Below, one piece after another: positions 1 to 13,214 of a stretch of 64,000 nt of DNA. The notes under the pieces are model-generated. The model did not search any database and was not told where the DNA came from. It saw only the letters and a list, made by a program, of their open reading frames with translations. A program made the position numbers and the translations under genes. Position 1 is the first letter of the stretch. Each line of letters begins with the position of its first letter. The DNA comes from Hydrolagus affinis (Eukaryota), in the NCBI GenBank assembly GCA_012026655.1, contig JAAILG010001627.1, positions 1 to 64,000 on the forward strand, read 5' to 3'.

Positions 1-329
1 GGGAAAGGGAGTGAGGGAAGAAGAAGAGGGGGAGGGAAAGGCTAGGGGCATGGGGGGGGGATCAAATAACAACAATAAACAACAACAATAAACAACAAAA
101 GCAAGAATATTAACCATAAAAACAATAACAATCAGCAACTAACAATAATCCAGCAACCGCTCATTCTCCCCGCCACCCTCCCGGATGATCTTCAAAATGG
201 CGGGAAACAGGGCCCAGTGTGACGACGGGCCCGAAAACCGACCGGCTTCTCAGCTGGTGTACTCGGCGACTTGGTGATGGTCCTGGTCCCTCGGACACGG
301 CGTGACCGGCCAGTTTGTGTAGCAGCAGC

Positions 330-620
330 AGACACAGAGAGAGAGAGAGATTGTCTCGGTCCTGACGCGATCTCCATCTCGCTCCGGTTCTCGCTCTCTC
401 GCTCGCTCTCCGTCTCGTTCTCTCTTTCGTTCTTCTTCTTCTCCTCGTTCTCCGTCTCTGTCTCTCTCTCGATCTCTCTCTCTATCTCTCTCTCTCTCTC
501 TATCTCGCTCTCTGTCTCGATCTCTCTCTCTGTCTCGATCTCTGTCTCGATCTCTCTCTCGTTCCCCTCCTCCTCCTCCTCCTCTCTCCCATTCCTCTCC
601 CCCCTCACTCCCTCGCTCCC
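330..620. repeat. CT/GA-rich low-complexity tract
   Basis: Degenerate (CT)n and TCTCGA-type units; explains the overlapping low-complexity ORFs. Confidence 0.9.
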
Positions 621-1905
621 CGATCAGGGCCAGGTGAAGGCCAGCGAGGAGACGGGGGAAGGTCAGACACCTGGGGGGAGAGGAGACGCGGTGGAGGCAG
701 GAGAGTACGCCAGAGGGTAGAGATGCACAAGAAAGTAAAACACCAACTTGTCTAATTAATGAAACAGATTCTATAATGAAATAATTAATGAAAAAGACTC
801 TTTGCAACTTATTGAATTTACTGAGAGGTAAATAAACATGTAATATATTATATCTATGTAATGCACATACACTTTGGAATCCATCAAAGATCCAATATTG
901 ACTGGTTGATTTCCACAGATAATTCCAACAGGTTCGAGGTTAATATTCAAATAGTAAATGATCAACTTTGGATTAAATGTTTACTTCAAAATGAACCCTT
1001 TGTTTTGTCCTAGAACCTTGGGATGTCCTCCTGACGTGAAAGGCACTATATAAATGTAATGTTGTGGTTGTTGTAGAAAGAATCTCCTTCAAAAGGCATT
1101 CCAGTAAACTTGATTGCAGAAGCTTTACTTTGGCTGGATGCTATCGGCATTCACAGCCTATTTATCAATTTATCATGGTCTGTTTACCCTAGCCCCCCAA
1201 TGGACAAGTATCCATTGCAAACATGGATGTTCCTGGCGCTGTTGTACATTGTCTTGTGTGTAACAACATTGAAAATCTATTTGCGTTTCTTGCATCAAAC
1301 TTAAAATGTGCTTACCATTCATATCCCTTGATTCAAATTTGTTTAAGATTCTTTGCATACCAACTGTTTGTCTCCCATAAACAAATCATTCAGCATATTA
1401 TCCTTTCCATCTTTGTTCTTTTGGTGAATATTGATCATGTTTTTTAAAGCGCTCTTTTTTTCCCGTGAGCACTGTTGAGCTATTGGGACTACAATTTATT
1501 ACATGCCCATGTCTGTGCTTGTTTCAATGTTTGATTTGTTTCATGTGAGTAATGAATCTACTTAAATAGATGGCTTGGCCTGTGATTAAAAAACCAGAGG
1601 TTGTTGTTTCCAGGAAAGGATATGTTGAGGCATAGACCAGGGAGATTAATGGATGGTTAATTCTCCCCATTCCTGGATCTGAAACAATGACTGTCCAGCG
1701 CTTGGGACATGTTCCTGATGTGAAAGGCACTATACAAGTGTAATCTTGTTGTTGGTTCAAAACAAATGTGTCACCTTCACACACTTCATCCTTTAATCTT
1801 GAAAAGATAAATTGGGCAATGTTTTTGTTTGCTGTTGTACATGTATGAGGAATTCAAGTTCTGAATGTGATAAGGTGTGATATTTTTAAATCCTTTATGT
1901 TTAAG

Positions 1906-2048
1906 GATGCAAGAAGGATTGGGATCTAAACACTCTGCATCTGACAGGAAATCTCAGACCATGCCAGCACTTCGTAATAGACCTGGACTGATGCACGCCA
2001 GACTTCAACAGCTCGGAAACATGGACAGTTCATTCACCCTTAACCACA
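1906..2048 (+). CDS. DOCK11: DOCK11 internal coding exon (first in window; gene begins upstream)
   Basis: aag|G acceptor and gtatgt donor. Encodes [47 protein letters not shown]; [13 protein letters not shown] matches DOCK11 as recalled. Confidence 0.9.
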
Positions 2049-2212
2049 GTATGTCCAGATGTCTTCATTAATAATAATTCAATCATTTCAATGTTATGAT
2101 CCTACTTGAAACTCAAAACAGTGAATAATAACCAATGTAGTTTCAGGAGTGCTACAGAGCAGTATTTTCTTGCAAAAATCTCTTGACCATGTTCTTAAAT
2201 GTCTTCCTTTAG

Positions 2213-2328
2213 GTTTTGGTGGCTGTGAGGCAGACATCAGTCATCAGTCATTACTTGAAGGTAGCATTACTACTGAAGTATGCCTTACAGTATTAGATAC
2301 AATCTCGTGTTTTACTCAAAATTTCAAG
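2213..2328 (+). CDS. DOCK11: DOCK11 coding exon
   Basis: tag acceptor, gtaagc donor. Encodes FGGCEADISHQSLLEGSITTEVCLTVLDTISCFTQNFK; phase fits the previous exon. Confidence 0.92.
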
Positions 2329-3323
2329 GTAAGCCACGATTTTTTTTCTGCAAACAATGCTAATCTACAGAAACGCATGTCACCTTAATACATTATCCTG
2401 GCCCAATTATGCTTGAAACAAATATTTGTTGAAAAGCGACTTTACACCTCAATCATTAGTCAACACCCTGAGCAGAACTGGCAGAACTACTAATAATAAT
2501 CCTTGCATTTGTTATAGCATCTTATCATGCCTTGGATATGTCTCAGCGCTTCAAAGAATACATCGTAAAGTAAATTGACTCTATATTTTGTGGGCAAAAT
2601 GACACAGAGTTGCTGTTTTAGTAGTTAAATGAATTGTTAAAGAATAATTAATCTTTCCTCATCCTACAGAATACTCAGAATCAATTGAAATTCAAGCACA
2701 TTGTACACCTTAGAAGAAACTCTCCTTTGATGAACAATTTAAACCTTGAGATTTCAAAAATACGCTGATGACATAAACATGCACAACGACAGATCTATGT
2801 TGTCTAACTCATTTGAACTTTGGTGATGCTGCTAAAATATTCTTTAAAACAAAGTATATCTTTCCACGACTCCCAATGTAATGGACTTCTGTCCCACCAG
2901 TGAGATAAGTGAGATGAGAAATCCCTCACAAGCACACTTTAGTGTGAGACTGTTCAGTGCAACTCTTGTCAACTTCATACTTCCCTGCAAATGCTGTAGA
3001 CTTAAAAGCAAAAAGATGTCATGCTGAGATACGCACTATTTCGATCCCCACACCCCCACATGCACACGCCCACCCACCTCCCAATTTTGACTTGCCTTTG
3101 TTATGTGGGTGGGGGAATGTAGAATATACTGTAAAGTTTTTTTTTCATAATCAAATCAAATAATGACTCGAGGCTTGTGTTTTGCTTTCCCATTGCAGTA
3201 CAAGAAACACTTTTGTTTCTGTTACTCTTATTGGAGAGAAGGCCCAGGTTAAACCCAATTTAACCTAGATTAAACAATGTGTGTTTTAGTATTTACTCAC
3301 TGAGAAATCTCTTCCTCTTTCAG

Positions 3324-3458
3324 AATCAGCTACTTGAAGGTGATGGCCATAACCCTCTAATGAAGAAAGTATTCGATATTCACCTCTCAATGGTTAACAG
3401 CCAGTCGGAGACAGCTATGAAACATGCCTTTGCCTCTTTAAGAGCCTTCATTAGCAAG
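3324..3458 (+). CDS. DOCK11: DOCK11 coding exon
   Basis: cag acceptor, gt donor. Encodes [45 protein letters not shown]. Confidence 0.93.
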
Positions 3459-3842
3459 GTATACATTGGCATCTTATTTGGTTTGTATAAATATGTACAA
3501 TAATGTATCTAACTTGACAAGAGTAATTGCATGTTTCCAAAATAAGCATATACCTAATACAAAACATATTAGTAAATTAAGCTAAGCCTATTGTTTATTC
3601 TTCTTCTGATAGCCCTTTTGACTTTGTGTTGACCTGGACATTGAATGCTAATTGAATAGGTACGCATGCATTCCCTTTTAGTTTGAGGTAATAATAATCG
3701 TAATAATCCTTGCATTTGATTCATAGCGCATTATCACATCTTTGAGACGTTTCAAAGCGCTTCACAGAATATATGTGAAGTGAAATAACTGTACATTTTG
3801 TGGAGATAACAGTTCTCTTCTTCCCCCTACCCAACCACACAG

Positions 3843-4025
3843 TTCCCTTCAACATTTTTCAAAGGAAGAGCAAATATATGTGCATCGTTTTGCTATGAAA
3901 TCCTAAAGGGCTGCACCTCGAAGCTAAACTCGACCAGAAGTGAAGCCTCTGCAATTCTGTACTTGCTGATGAGGAGCAATTTTGAGTACACCAAAAAGAG
4001 GACCTTTTTGAGAACACATCTGCAG
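3843..4025 (+). CDS. DOCK11: DOCK11 coding exon
   Basis: cag acceptor, gt donor. Encodes [61 protein letters not shown]. Confidence 0.93.
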
Positions 4026-4888
4026 GTCGGTGCCAACCTTCCAACTCCAGCACAAACAGTGCTTGCTGTGAGACTATAGGAACAATTGGTTGTTCTTTGC
4101 TAGTACGTGCGCGAACACACACACACACACACACACACACATGCTGCCTACCTGAGCCGCCTGACATCTAAAGAAAACTTTAGATGTGTTTAGATCATGA
4201 AAACAAATCGAATGGAAAGATCATTGCAGCAAAACTGTTGAGCAAAGGGTTTTAAAAGAATGATTCAATCCAGCCAAGCCCACAAAACTCGATGAGAGTG
4301 TTTCCTTTTTGTGGAAATAAAACCACTACTCATGTTGCCGCACTGTCCCTTTCTAATCACAGAGAAAATGCTCACTTTGTCTAAAAAATAAGAAATTTAA
4401 TACATGTTCATTTGTATTTTAATTGAAATTTTTGGCCTAGCTTGCACACTTGCTGTATGTGTGTGTATATATATACCTTTCCACATGTGTGTGGCACTGT
4501 ATTCCGGTTCCTGGAGCATACATGCAGCCTTATTAGCAGTTCATTTGAATCTCAAAGCTTTTAACATGATCAGGTCAGACCTTCGAATAATAGGACATAG
4601 GGTGAAGCTATTTGACTCACAGTATCTGTGCTTGTGTTAGCTCCTAACCACAGATACTTGGATCCCATTCCCTGGAGAAAACCCAAGCTCTCCTGGCCAA
4701 TCCTACACTTCCTCTCAGTCCCAAAAGAGCCATTACACATCTCCAATGTGTCCACCTACATTCCCATCACTATTGTCCCTGTTCTATGGCTAGTTTGAAA
4801 TCATCGTGGTTTTCTCCTAACACTGATAACATTTTTAAAATATCCCATGGTCTTGAAACATGAAATAATCTGCAATTTCTTCCTTTAG

Positions 4889-5002
4889 ATTATCATTGCA
4901 GTCAGTAGACTTATAGCAGATGTGGTGCTGACTGGAGGATCCAGGTTTCAGGAATCTTTGTCCATCATCAATAATTTTGCCAACAGCGACAAGGCTCTCA
5001 AG
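4889..5002 (+). CDS. DOCK11: DOCK11 coding exon
   Basis: tag acceptor, gtattt donor. Encodes [38 protein letters not shown]. Confidence 0.93.
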
Positions 5003-5199
5003 GTATTTGCATGCTTGATTCCTTCAATGTAATGCATTACACTTGCTGGAGTGTAAATGATTTTAAGCTTAAGATTCATACACTTCCCAGGAGTATAATG
5101 TGTGTAATTGAAGGAGTCTGGTTTTATGATTGCAGTAATGGAGCAATTTGTCTTGTTTTGGGGGCAGTGAAGTGGGCCAGTGCCTGCCAAATGGAGTGG

Positions 5200-5640
5200 G
5201 CAGATTACTAGTGGTTTAGAAGGGCACAGAGGTACGGTGGGGCAAGTTCGTGGAAGGATTTAAAAGTGAGGTCAAGGATTTTAAACTCGATCCTTTGAGG
5301 GATGGAGAGCCAATGGCTCCAGGCAAGGATTCTGAGAGAGGCTTTCGGAACCTAGCACGGGAGAGCGTTCTGAATGGTCTGCGGTTTGTGGAGGGAAGAA
5401 TCGGGAAGTCCAGTGAGCAGACAGGAGGTGTAGTTAAGCTTGGATGTGATTTTAAAAACATGGATGAAGGTCTCAGCAGCCTGAGGGGAGATGTAGCGGC
5501 AAAGGCGGTCAATTTTATAATAATAATAATCCTTACATTTCGGGTCGGGCAAAGCTGAATAGGTCAAGGTACGGATGTGGGGTTCAAAGGAGATTTGGAC
5601 AAGCCACGAGGTTCTGCACTGGCTGCATGAGGTGGAGAGT
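5200..5640 (-). mobile_element. L2-clade LINE fragment (RT C-terminal region)
   Basis: Minus-strand translation ISPQAAETFIHVFKITSKLNY...IQNAL resembles the L2 ORF2 end at 38700-39480. Confidence 0.7.
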
Positions 5641-5699
5641 TAATTCATGTTTGATAATATGGTACTTTGTACAGTGTCCTTCACTTGTGCAACCGATCG

Positions 5700-5853
5700 G
5701 TAAAAAAAAAACAAGTTCAGAAGTTTAATAAGTGTGCACGCATTGCATACATGCGCAAAGTGAGCCTACTCACGATTGCTGGAATGGGAAATTACCCCGG
5801 GAGGGGGTTGAGCAATCCGGTTGATCGGTTCACGGATAAACGGGCTTTTACTG
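5700..5853 (-). mobile_element. Truncated copy of the Tc1/mariner-type MITE at 30717-31129
   Basis: Ends in gcttttactg|ta. Internal 5721-5767 is the reverse complement of ~30851-30892. Confidence 0.6.
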
Positions 5854-6813
5854 TAATTGGAGTTGAGGTACAGATCAGCCGTGATCTAATAGAATAGTGG
5901 AACAGGCTCGAGAGACTGAATGGCCTAATCCTGTTCCTATATTCCTAGTAGGCAGGAGTGGGAATGGTGCCAGAAATTTCCCTTCCTTTATCCAGAGCTT
6001 CAAGGCCAATTGTAGGTCACTGCTCCAGCTTGGATCAACTCATTGAGAAGGGGGTGGAAGGAAGGAAACCAAGATCTTTTAAAATCTACTAGCTGTATCC
6101 CCATGTAACATATGCGGCCTGATGCTTTTGAACACGTTTATTCATATATTTCAAAACTTTTTTAAAATAATGTATTTGTTATTTACAAAAAAAGGGTGAG
6201 CTTTAATCACTGTTTTTCTTTATTGTTGTTTTGTTTGTTTTTTAAGATGTATTGGTTTTTGATTTCCTTTTAGAAGTTCATTGTTACAATTGTGGAAACA
6301 TACCTAAGGCTTTTTTTTATATGTATATATATATATATAGATAGATTGCTCTTCAACTGACTGGGTAAACCAGCGGAGCCGTCAAGGTGTGGCCACTGAC
6401 GTTTGTTGCAAGGAATGTTTATATATGGGATTAGCCAAGGGTGGGGTTTATTGATGATTGATTGTTCTCAATTCACTGATACGAATCGCTGGAAACCAAT
6501 TATAACCTGACAAGTTGCGGTTGGTGATGGGCAGTTCTCGTTGACATTCTCATGCTAAAATGAGAAATAAATGACCAGCATTAAAACCATGCATTGAACA
6601 TTCCTTACACTCATTGCATAAAAATAGCCATCTGTTCCACCAGGTTTATAATGGGACTTTCCATTGTAAAGATTTAATGAACGATTATTTTTTTGTAACT
6701 ATTATTCATTTGAACCCCATTATGTAAATCAGCATAAAACCACTGGATTTCCATGCTGGCAAAGTATTTTTTCTGACTTTTTTTCCATTTAAAAAAAAAT
6801 GTCCTTTCACAAG

Positions 6814-7029
6814 TCGACAGCTTTTCCGAGTGAAGTGAAAGATTTGACAAAGCGAATTCGTACGGTGCTGATGGCTACATCGCAAATGAAGGAGCACGAA
6901 AAAGACCCTGAAATGTTAGTGGATCTGCAGTACAGTCTGGCAAAGTCGTACGCCAGCACTCCAGAGCTGAGGAAGACGTGGCTGGACAGTATGGCAAAGA
7001 TCCACGCAAAAAACGGCGATCTGTCCGAG
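6814..7029 (+). CDS. DOCK11: DOCK11 coding exon, start of DHR-2 region
   Basis: aag acceptor, gtaacc donor. Encodes [72 protein letters not shown], a DOCK-D family signature. Confidence 0.95.
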
Positions 7030-7354
7030 GTAACCAAGTTCTGGCTTCAACGCAACACAAAAACTTGCATTTATATTGCACACTTGATGCCTAACAGTGT
7101 TGGAGCTTGACATCTAGTCTAGAGAGGACTTGATTTTTAAATGCAAAGAACATCTTTGAATTTGCAGAGAAATTGTTCAACAAAAACTTGGCATACAAGA
7201 AAAAAACCTAAATGACCTCAAATAGATGAGACTGGGTAATCCCTGTGTCACAGTTCAGGTGACTTCAACAACAACCACAACAACCAAATTACATTTATCA
7301 GCACCTTTGGACATCCTCCTGATGTAAAAGGCACTAAACAAGTGTAATTTTGTT

Positions 7355-7990
7355 ATTGTTATTGTGTAGCATCTTTCACGTGGGAAGAACGCCCTAAAGC
7401 GCTGGATAAGCAGTGTTTCAGACCCAAGCTGGGGTCGGGATTAGGGAGGGTGGAGTACACAGGGGCAAGGAAGGTGACCAAAGGTATGGTTGGAAGAGGA
7501 GTGGCTTGAGACTTGTCTTGAAGGAGGCAATGGAGGGGCGAGGCAGAGGTACTGTGGGATGAAGTTCCAGAGGGTGGGGGCCGGGTGGCAGATGGCCTGC
7601 CTGCCAATTATGGGATGGGCGAGGTGGAGGACATGAAGGAGGTCGGAGCCTGCCGAGTGGAGGGAACGAGCGGGTTGGTTGGGGGTTATGAGGTCGCAAA
7701 GGTAGGGAATGCAAGGCCATGGAGGGCTCTGAAAGTGAGGACCAGGATGTTGAACTGTGCACTCTTTGTGAAAAGAAACCAGTGGAGTTGGGCGAGCCTG
7801 GTGTTGGAGGGGACGCAGGCTGGAGAGTACTGGCTGATCTGCAGCCTATGGAGGGAGGAGTTGGGGAGACCAATGAGCAGGAAGTTTGCGTAGTCAAACC
7901 TGGATATTATGAATGCGTGTATAAGGGTCTGCGGCTCCAATAGTGGAGCTGGGCAATGGTGTAGAGGTGGGGGAAGGCAGAGTGGGACAT
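7355..7990 (-). mobile_element. L2-clade LINE 3' fragment
   Basis: Minus-strand translation QTLIHAFIISRFDYANFLLIGLP...LHW...FNILVLTFRALHGLA, plus an L2-type tail. Confidence 0.8.
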
Positions 7991-8611
7991 GGTATGGATA
8001 TGATGTAGGAAAACAACAATAAAATTACATCCGCAGAGCGCCTATCACGACAACCCAAGGTGCTGAACAGTCAGGGGTCAGGCCCGAGCATGGGAATAGG
8101 TGAAGGTCAAACAAGATGCCAAGATTCCAGAATGGCTTTGTAAAAAGTTCAATGTATTTTAAAAAAGCAAGATTTTATTTTGAACCACACAATAAGAGAA
8201 TTGTTTTTCACTCTGTTGTTGGATTGTGGAATGCCCTGCGAAGTAGAGGCAAAATTAATTGTGGGTTTCAAGAGGAAGTAGACAAGTACAGCATATGAAC
8301 AGTGGTTTGAAGGTGTACAGGGATAAATCAGGGTAGTGAGATTGAATGAACAGCTTGCTCTGAGAGCTGGTGCAGACTTGTTGGGTTAAATGGTTCTTTC
8401 TGTGCTATAAATTTCTATCATTCTATGAAATAATTGTCTGAATGTTCAGGTACACTGCCTCAGCTCTATGTGTAGTGACAGTCGTGGACTGAAATATAAA
8501 CTCAGCTATATATTGATATACTTATTTAGTGATACTAAATTGGACACAAAGCCATTGCTCATTCTCACAGTGAAAAGCCTTAGTTTTACGATGCATGTTC
8601 TTTCTTTGCAG

Positions 8612-8669
8612 ACATCAATGTGCTATGTCCACGTGGCAGCACTGGTTGCAGAATACCTCTACAGAAAAA
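8612..8669 (+). CDS. DOCK11: DOCK11 coding exon
   Basis: cag acceptor, gtaagg donor. Encodes TSMCYVHVAALVAEYLYRK. Confidence 0.92.
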
Positions 8670-10430
8670 GTAAGGAACAAACATTCATTTCGTTGAGTAT
8701 CTAATAAATCCTATTTATGAATCAAAAAATGTTAGCTGAACAGCATAATGTCTTCATGCTGAATTCATACTGATTCACTGCCAAATATGCAGGATAAATG
8801 GTGAGCGTAGGCAGTCTAAATCTCACTGAAGCTACACGCTTGACATTTCAGGATTTTCACTGAAGGCAGCATCAAACTGACTCAATTCGTGATTCATTTT
8901 TAAAATTAAAATATTCCTGTGGGGTTTTTTTTCCTACATCTCTCAGGTTACAGAGATGGGTGGCCATCAAAGTTTTAGTTAACTTGTTCCAAATCCAACG
9001 ATTATTAATGCTCAGACAAAGGGAATAACAACAACAACAAATTACATAAAATTCTAAATGCGCTGCAGCCTGCAAATGGTGACCTTCAGTATCAGATGAG
9101 ATACATTAGGCTTTGTGTCCTTATGCAAAATGCTATATTTTAATAGTTGTTTGGGTGTAGTACAAACCAATGCATGTAAATGTTCATGTTGTTGCTTTGT
9201 AAGAGAGCACGGGGAAGCACAAGGGAGCCATTCTCTTCTGAATTCAACTTTGAATTAAATGATTCTTGCCTTTGATATTCTCTGCGCTACTTCTTTCAGG
9301 CAGCGGACCATTTTTAAAAATGTTATTCTCATTGTCGACATTACTACGTCCAGCTGTTGTGTTTATTTACAGCCTGACCCAAAGTGGTACAACGTGTCTT
9401 GCGTAACATCTAACGAGTGAAAGCAGTCGGTATTCTCTTTTTATTCTATGCCATCTCAACACCAAAATGCCACTGAGACAGGCCAAGGAGCCTGTTTAAT
9501 AGCATGGTGGGAGCTTGTCACACTTAAATTGGCTGCTGCTTTTGACTACAGATATAGAATCCCCTGCTAGTACTTACCTGTATTATTTTCCAGTGGCTGC
9601 TAAGCAGTGGGTGGTTGTGGTCAAGGTGACGAATCCACCAGTTTCACAAACCTCCTCATAAGGAACTTCTCGCCTCCACTCTGCACAGATTAAATCTGGA
9701 ACTCCCAGCGTCACAGTCTGTGAGCACAAATACCACATCCTTCTGCATCAAAGAAACACATATTGGCATGTTAAATTGGTGCACCTTTTCTTCCTCTTTA
9801 TTAAGGATCTTCAACTTCCACATCGGTGTAAATCTCCTCTTCCTGTTTATTGTTCACCTTCAAGGTTATTTGAGGATACCTGCTGTGTGAAAATTGGTTC
9901 TTTAGTTTGCTTCCCAATACAAAATCACTACACTTAACTGTATTTATCTGTGAAGCACTCTGCAGTGACTCAGTCTTGCAGGCGCCATATAAACTCTAAG
10001 GATCATTATTAATAAGGATGGCATTAGAGTTTCCGATTATCTGTTCAGCAGCTTGCTTTCAATGGATAGGAAATATTGAAGATCGCGGTGCAATTAAAAC
10101 CCTTGTGACTCACATCCTCTCTGAGTGAAGCTTAGTAGCATTTTACACAGAGTATGTGAGGTCATCAGGCAAAGAAAACGACTGCTTCAATTCTGTACTT
10201 AGATGATCGTGGAGTCATTTACGTCATTGAGTCACTGGATTGAATTTAAATTATACCTTGCAATTGCACACTGGTTCTAATATGTTAGAATTCTGGGGTA
10301 ACATTCAAATTTAACCATTGTGTCCTTGGTCTGGTCTGATCACCCCCTACCATAAAACGATATTTATGGCAAATAACTGAATATCTTTTATGGCATGTAC
10401 CTTGTCTGAATAACCTTGGCTCTTTTCCAG

Positions 10431-10537
10431 AATCCTTTCCTAAAGGCTGCTCTGCTTTCAAAGCAATAACTCCCAACATTGAGGAAGAAGCTGCTATGAA
10501 GGAGGATGCTGGCATGCAAGATGTCCACTATACAGAG
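10431..10537 (+). CDS. DOCK11: DOCK11 coding exon
   Basis: cag acceptor, gtaaaa donor. Encodes [35 protein letters not shown]. Confidence 0.93.
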
Positions 10538-10739
10538 GTAAAAACTCAGAAAAAATGCAACTCACATACGTTTCTGGTTGAGTCCGTTTTTCCATTCCCG
10601 TACACACATCATACGATGCACATTGATTTAGTGTTTCACTGATTTTTACAGTAAATTCTATGAAGTCCTTTGAGGCACCCACGTGATGAGTAAACGCAAT
10701 ATCAAAGGCAAGAATTATTATTGTACAATTGTATTTGGG

Positions 10740-11060
10740 GTAACAGCAACAACAACAACCAATTACATTTGTATGGTGCATTTTGCATCGGGAGGACGTC
10801 ACACTGTGCCGGACAGTCAGTGATTTGGAGGACCTGAGCAGCGGGTTGAGATCAGGAGGGGTGGACAGAAAGGAGAATGGGAGGGTAGAAGGGTGGCTGA
10901 AGACGTAAGTCTAACAAAGTCTAAAGAGGGTCTTGAAACGTGACTTGAAATAGGAGAAGGGACCGTGGGATGGAGTTCCAAAGGGTGGGGGCAGAGAGGC
11001 TGATCACCCGCTGATGGTGGGGTTGGGCAGGGCACGTGGATCCGGCCAGAGCCCAACACT
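10740..11060 (-). mobile_element. L2 3' UTR/tail fragment
   Basis: (AAC)n tail with aattacatt, homologous to 50405-50760. Confidence 0.7.
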
Positions 11061-12089
11061 TTTAACTGTTCAATTGGAAACGTAATTTATCCTGGTGTGA
11101 ATAATAATAATTAAGGCTGGAATAACCAAATTTGAATTAAAGGATATGGTAACATCTGAAGGAAATTTACACCAAAATGAGTCCCTGAGGTCAGCCATGG
11201 AGGTTCCTTCCTCCTATTGAAGGCAGCAGCTTCTCATGTGAAAATGGTTTGTGGTTTATATTTTACTTGTATTTAGCTTCAGAAATCAGAATTGCCCAAT
11301 CGTTTTCAGCTGCACAAACAAAAAAAGAGGAAGAAACAGAGCCCTGTGATTCACCAGCCATTGGCATGACTTTAGCAGCTATTCCAGGACTTTAGCAAAA
11401 ATTGCCTAAGGCAAAGTCAGTGGGAAGAAAGAATTCCAGGGGCAAGGTTGCAAACATCAACTTTTGTAATGAGAAATATTAAACCTGCTCAAAGATATTG
11501 ATCTTAAGTATGCTGTGCAAAAATGTAACCTCTACGTTTAATGAACCGGTTTAGGACAGAGGTGAATACATTTACAGCAGCCAGAAGTTTTTTAGTTCCT
11601 GAAAATTATCTAGCACAGTGTCTCTCCACGGTGTCTTCAAGCAAACAATGGTCCAGATTACACTCACAAAGAAAACCTTGATGAAATTAAATCTCATGGT
11701 GCACATTACTGGCTTCTGCTACTTGCATTCACCCATAAATATACTGTCAATTCACTTTACAGTACGTTCTGTGAAGCGCTTTGAGACGTCAATAAGATGT
11801 GAAAAAGCTCTATATCAAATGCAAGGATTATTATTATTATTATCCTACATTGTGTTTTAAAAGTTTTTTTTTAATATTAACCACAGTTTAGATTTTTCTC
11901 TAGCCACACTCGTATCCTTATCAAAACACTAATTAAAACATGGAAACCTATTATAAATATTTATTGAAATGATAAATCCTGACATGCAAACAAAAACTCT
12001 CCTTATTGTAGCCCTAAGCTTCAGCAAAGCATATATTTGCTTAATTCACTCAAGATCTTTTTAGACTACAGTTTTGATGTCCCAAGCAT

Positions 12090-12490
12090 TCTACATGAAT
12101 TCAAAATCTTCATCGTCAATTTCAAGGCCCTCTATGGTCTTGCCCCCTCCCACCATTCGTACCTGCTATCCCCATATCAACCTATCCATTCCCACCCGAC
12201 CTGCCTTATCATCATCAACCAGATTTTCAGCCTCCCTGCCCCTAACCTTTCGAACCAAGCCACAGTCCCTTTGCTTTGCTCCTTACATTTTCTCTTTCAA
12301 GGCACGACTCAAGACCCCCCTTTTCGATAGTACCTTCAGCCTCCCTCCAGCCTCTCTGCCCTCCTATATCTCAACCCTGCCCCCAACCCCCTCCCCCCAC
12401 CACACTCGGATCCTGACCCCTGACTGTTCAGTACCTTATGTCATCCTCCCAATGTGGAAGGTGCTTTTAAAAGTGTAATTTTGTTGTAAT
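12090..12490 (+). mobile_element. L2 3' fragment
   Basis: Translation FKIFIVNFKALYGLAP...FKARLKTPLFD, with tail aagtgtaattttgttgt. Confidence 0.75.
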
Positions 12491-12551
12491 ATATGGGGAA
12501 AGTTTTATTGCTTTTATTTATCTCAATATTTAACATGCCCTGCTCGGTTAG

Positions 12552-12674
12552 GACGTTCTTGTGGAGCTATTGGAGAAGTGTGCGAACGGACTGTGGAATG
12601 CAGAGCGCTATGAACTGATTGCAGAGATTTACAAATTCATCATTCCAATTTACGAGAAACGACGGGAATTTGAG
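12552..12674 (+). CDS. DOCK11: DOCK11 coding exon
   Basis: tag acceptor, gtgagt donor. Encodes [41 protein letters not shown]. Confidence 0.93.
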
Positions 12675-13214
12675 GTGAGTCTCATTCAACTGATTCACAT
12701 CTTCCTGTATTAATGGTTAAAGCCTGTTGTATTACTTCTTGCCCGAAAGATGCAATGAGCCCAGGAACCTTATCACAGTGAGAGGTAGAGAATCAGTAAG
12801 TTCATCTCTCCTACCCCTTGTGGGGTGCCTTGGACAGTTTATACTAAACGTGTCTACATCCTTGATCATATTTCTCCCAGCTGATCCAATGGTGGTGAGA
12901 AGGCAGCAAAAGTGTAGGATAGAATTTCAAGAGGTTCAAATTCAAACCAAAGGTTTCAAACTTTGCTTGGCACTTGACGTAAAAAATGTGGTGGTTTATA
13001 GTTTACTGTGCTCTTAAGGTTTGGCATGGCAAGCCACCCTTTAGCCTCTCTCTGTGGCACCATAAGAATATGTGAGGATTCTAATTGCTACTCACCACTA
13101 AATATTTGGAATTGAAAACAGATTCCTATCTCCAGCCACAAATGGCTGAGGAATGAGAGGCAAGACATTCAAGATGTAACACTTTAGTAACAAGTTAGTG
13201 ACTCTTTGTCTACC

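Noticed and set aside
192-807. Overlapping ORFs rich in RE/RD/SL dipeptides, resembling SR-like proteins
   Set aside because: They are translations of a CT/GA low-complexity tract that stays open in several frames on both strands, and they lie in a DOCK11 intron.
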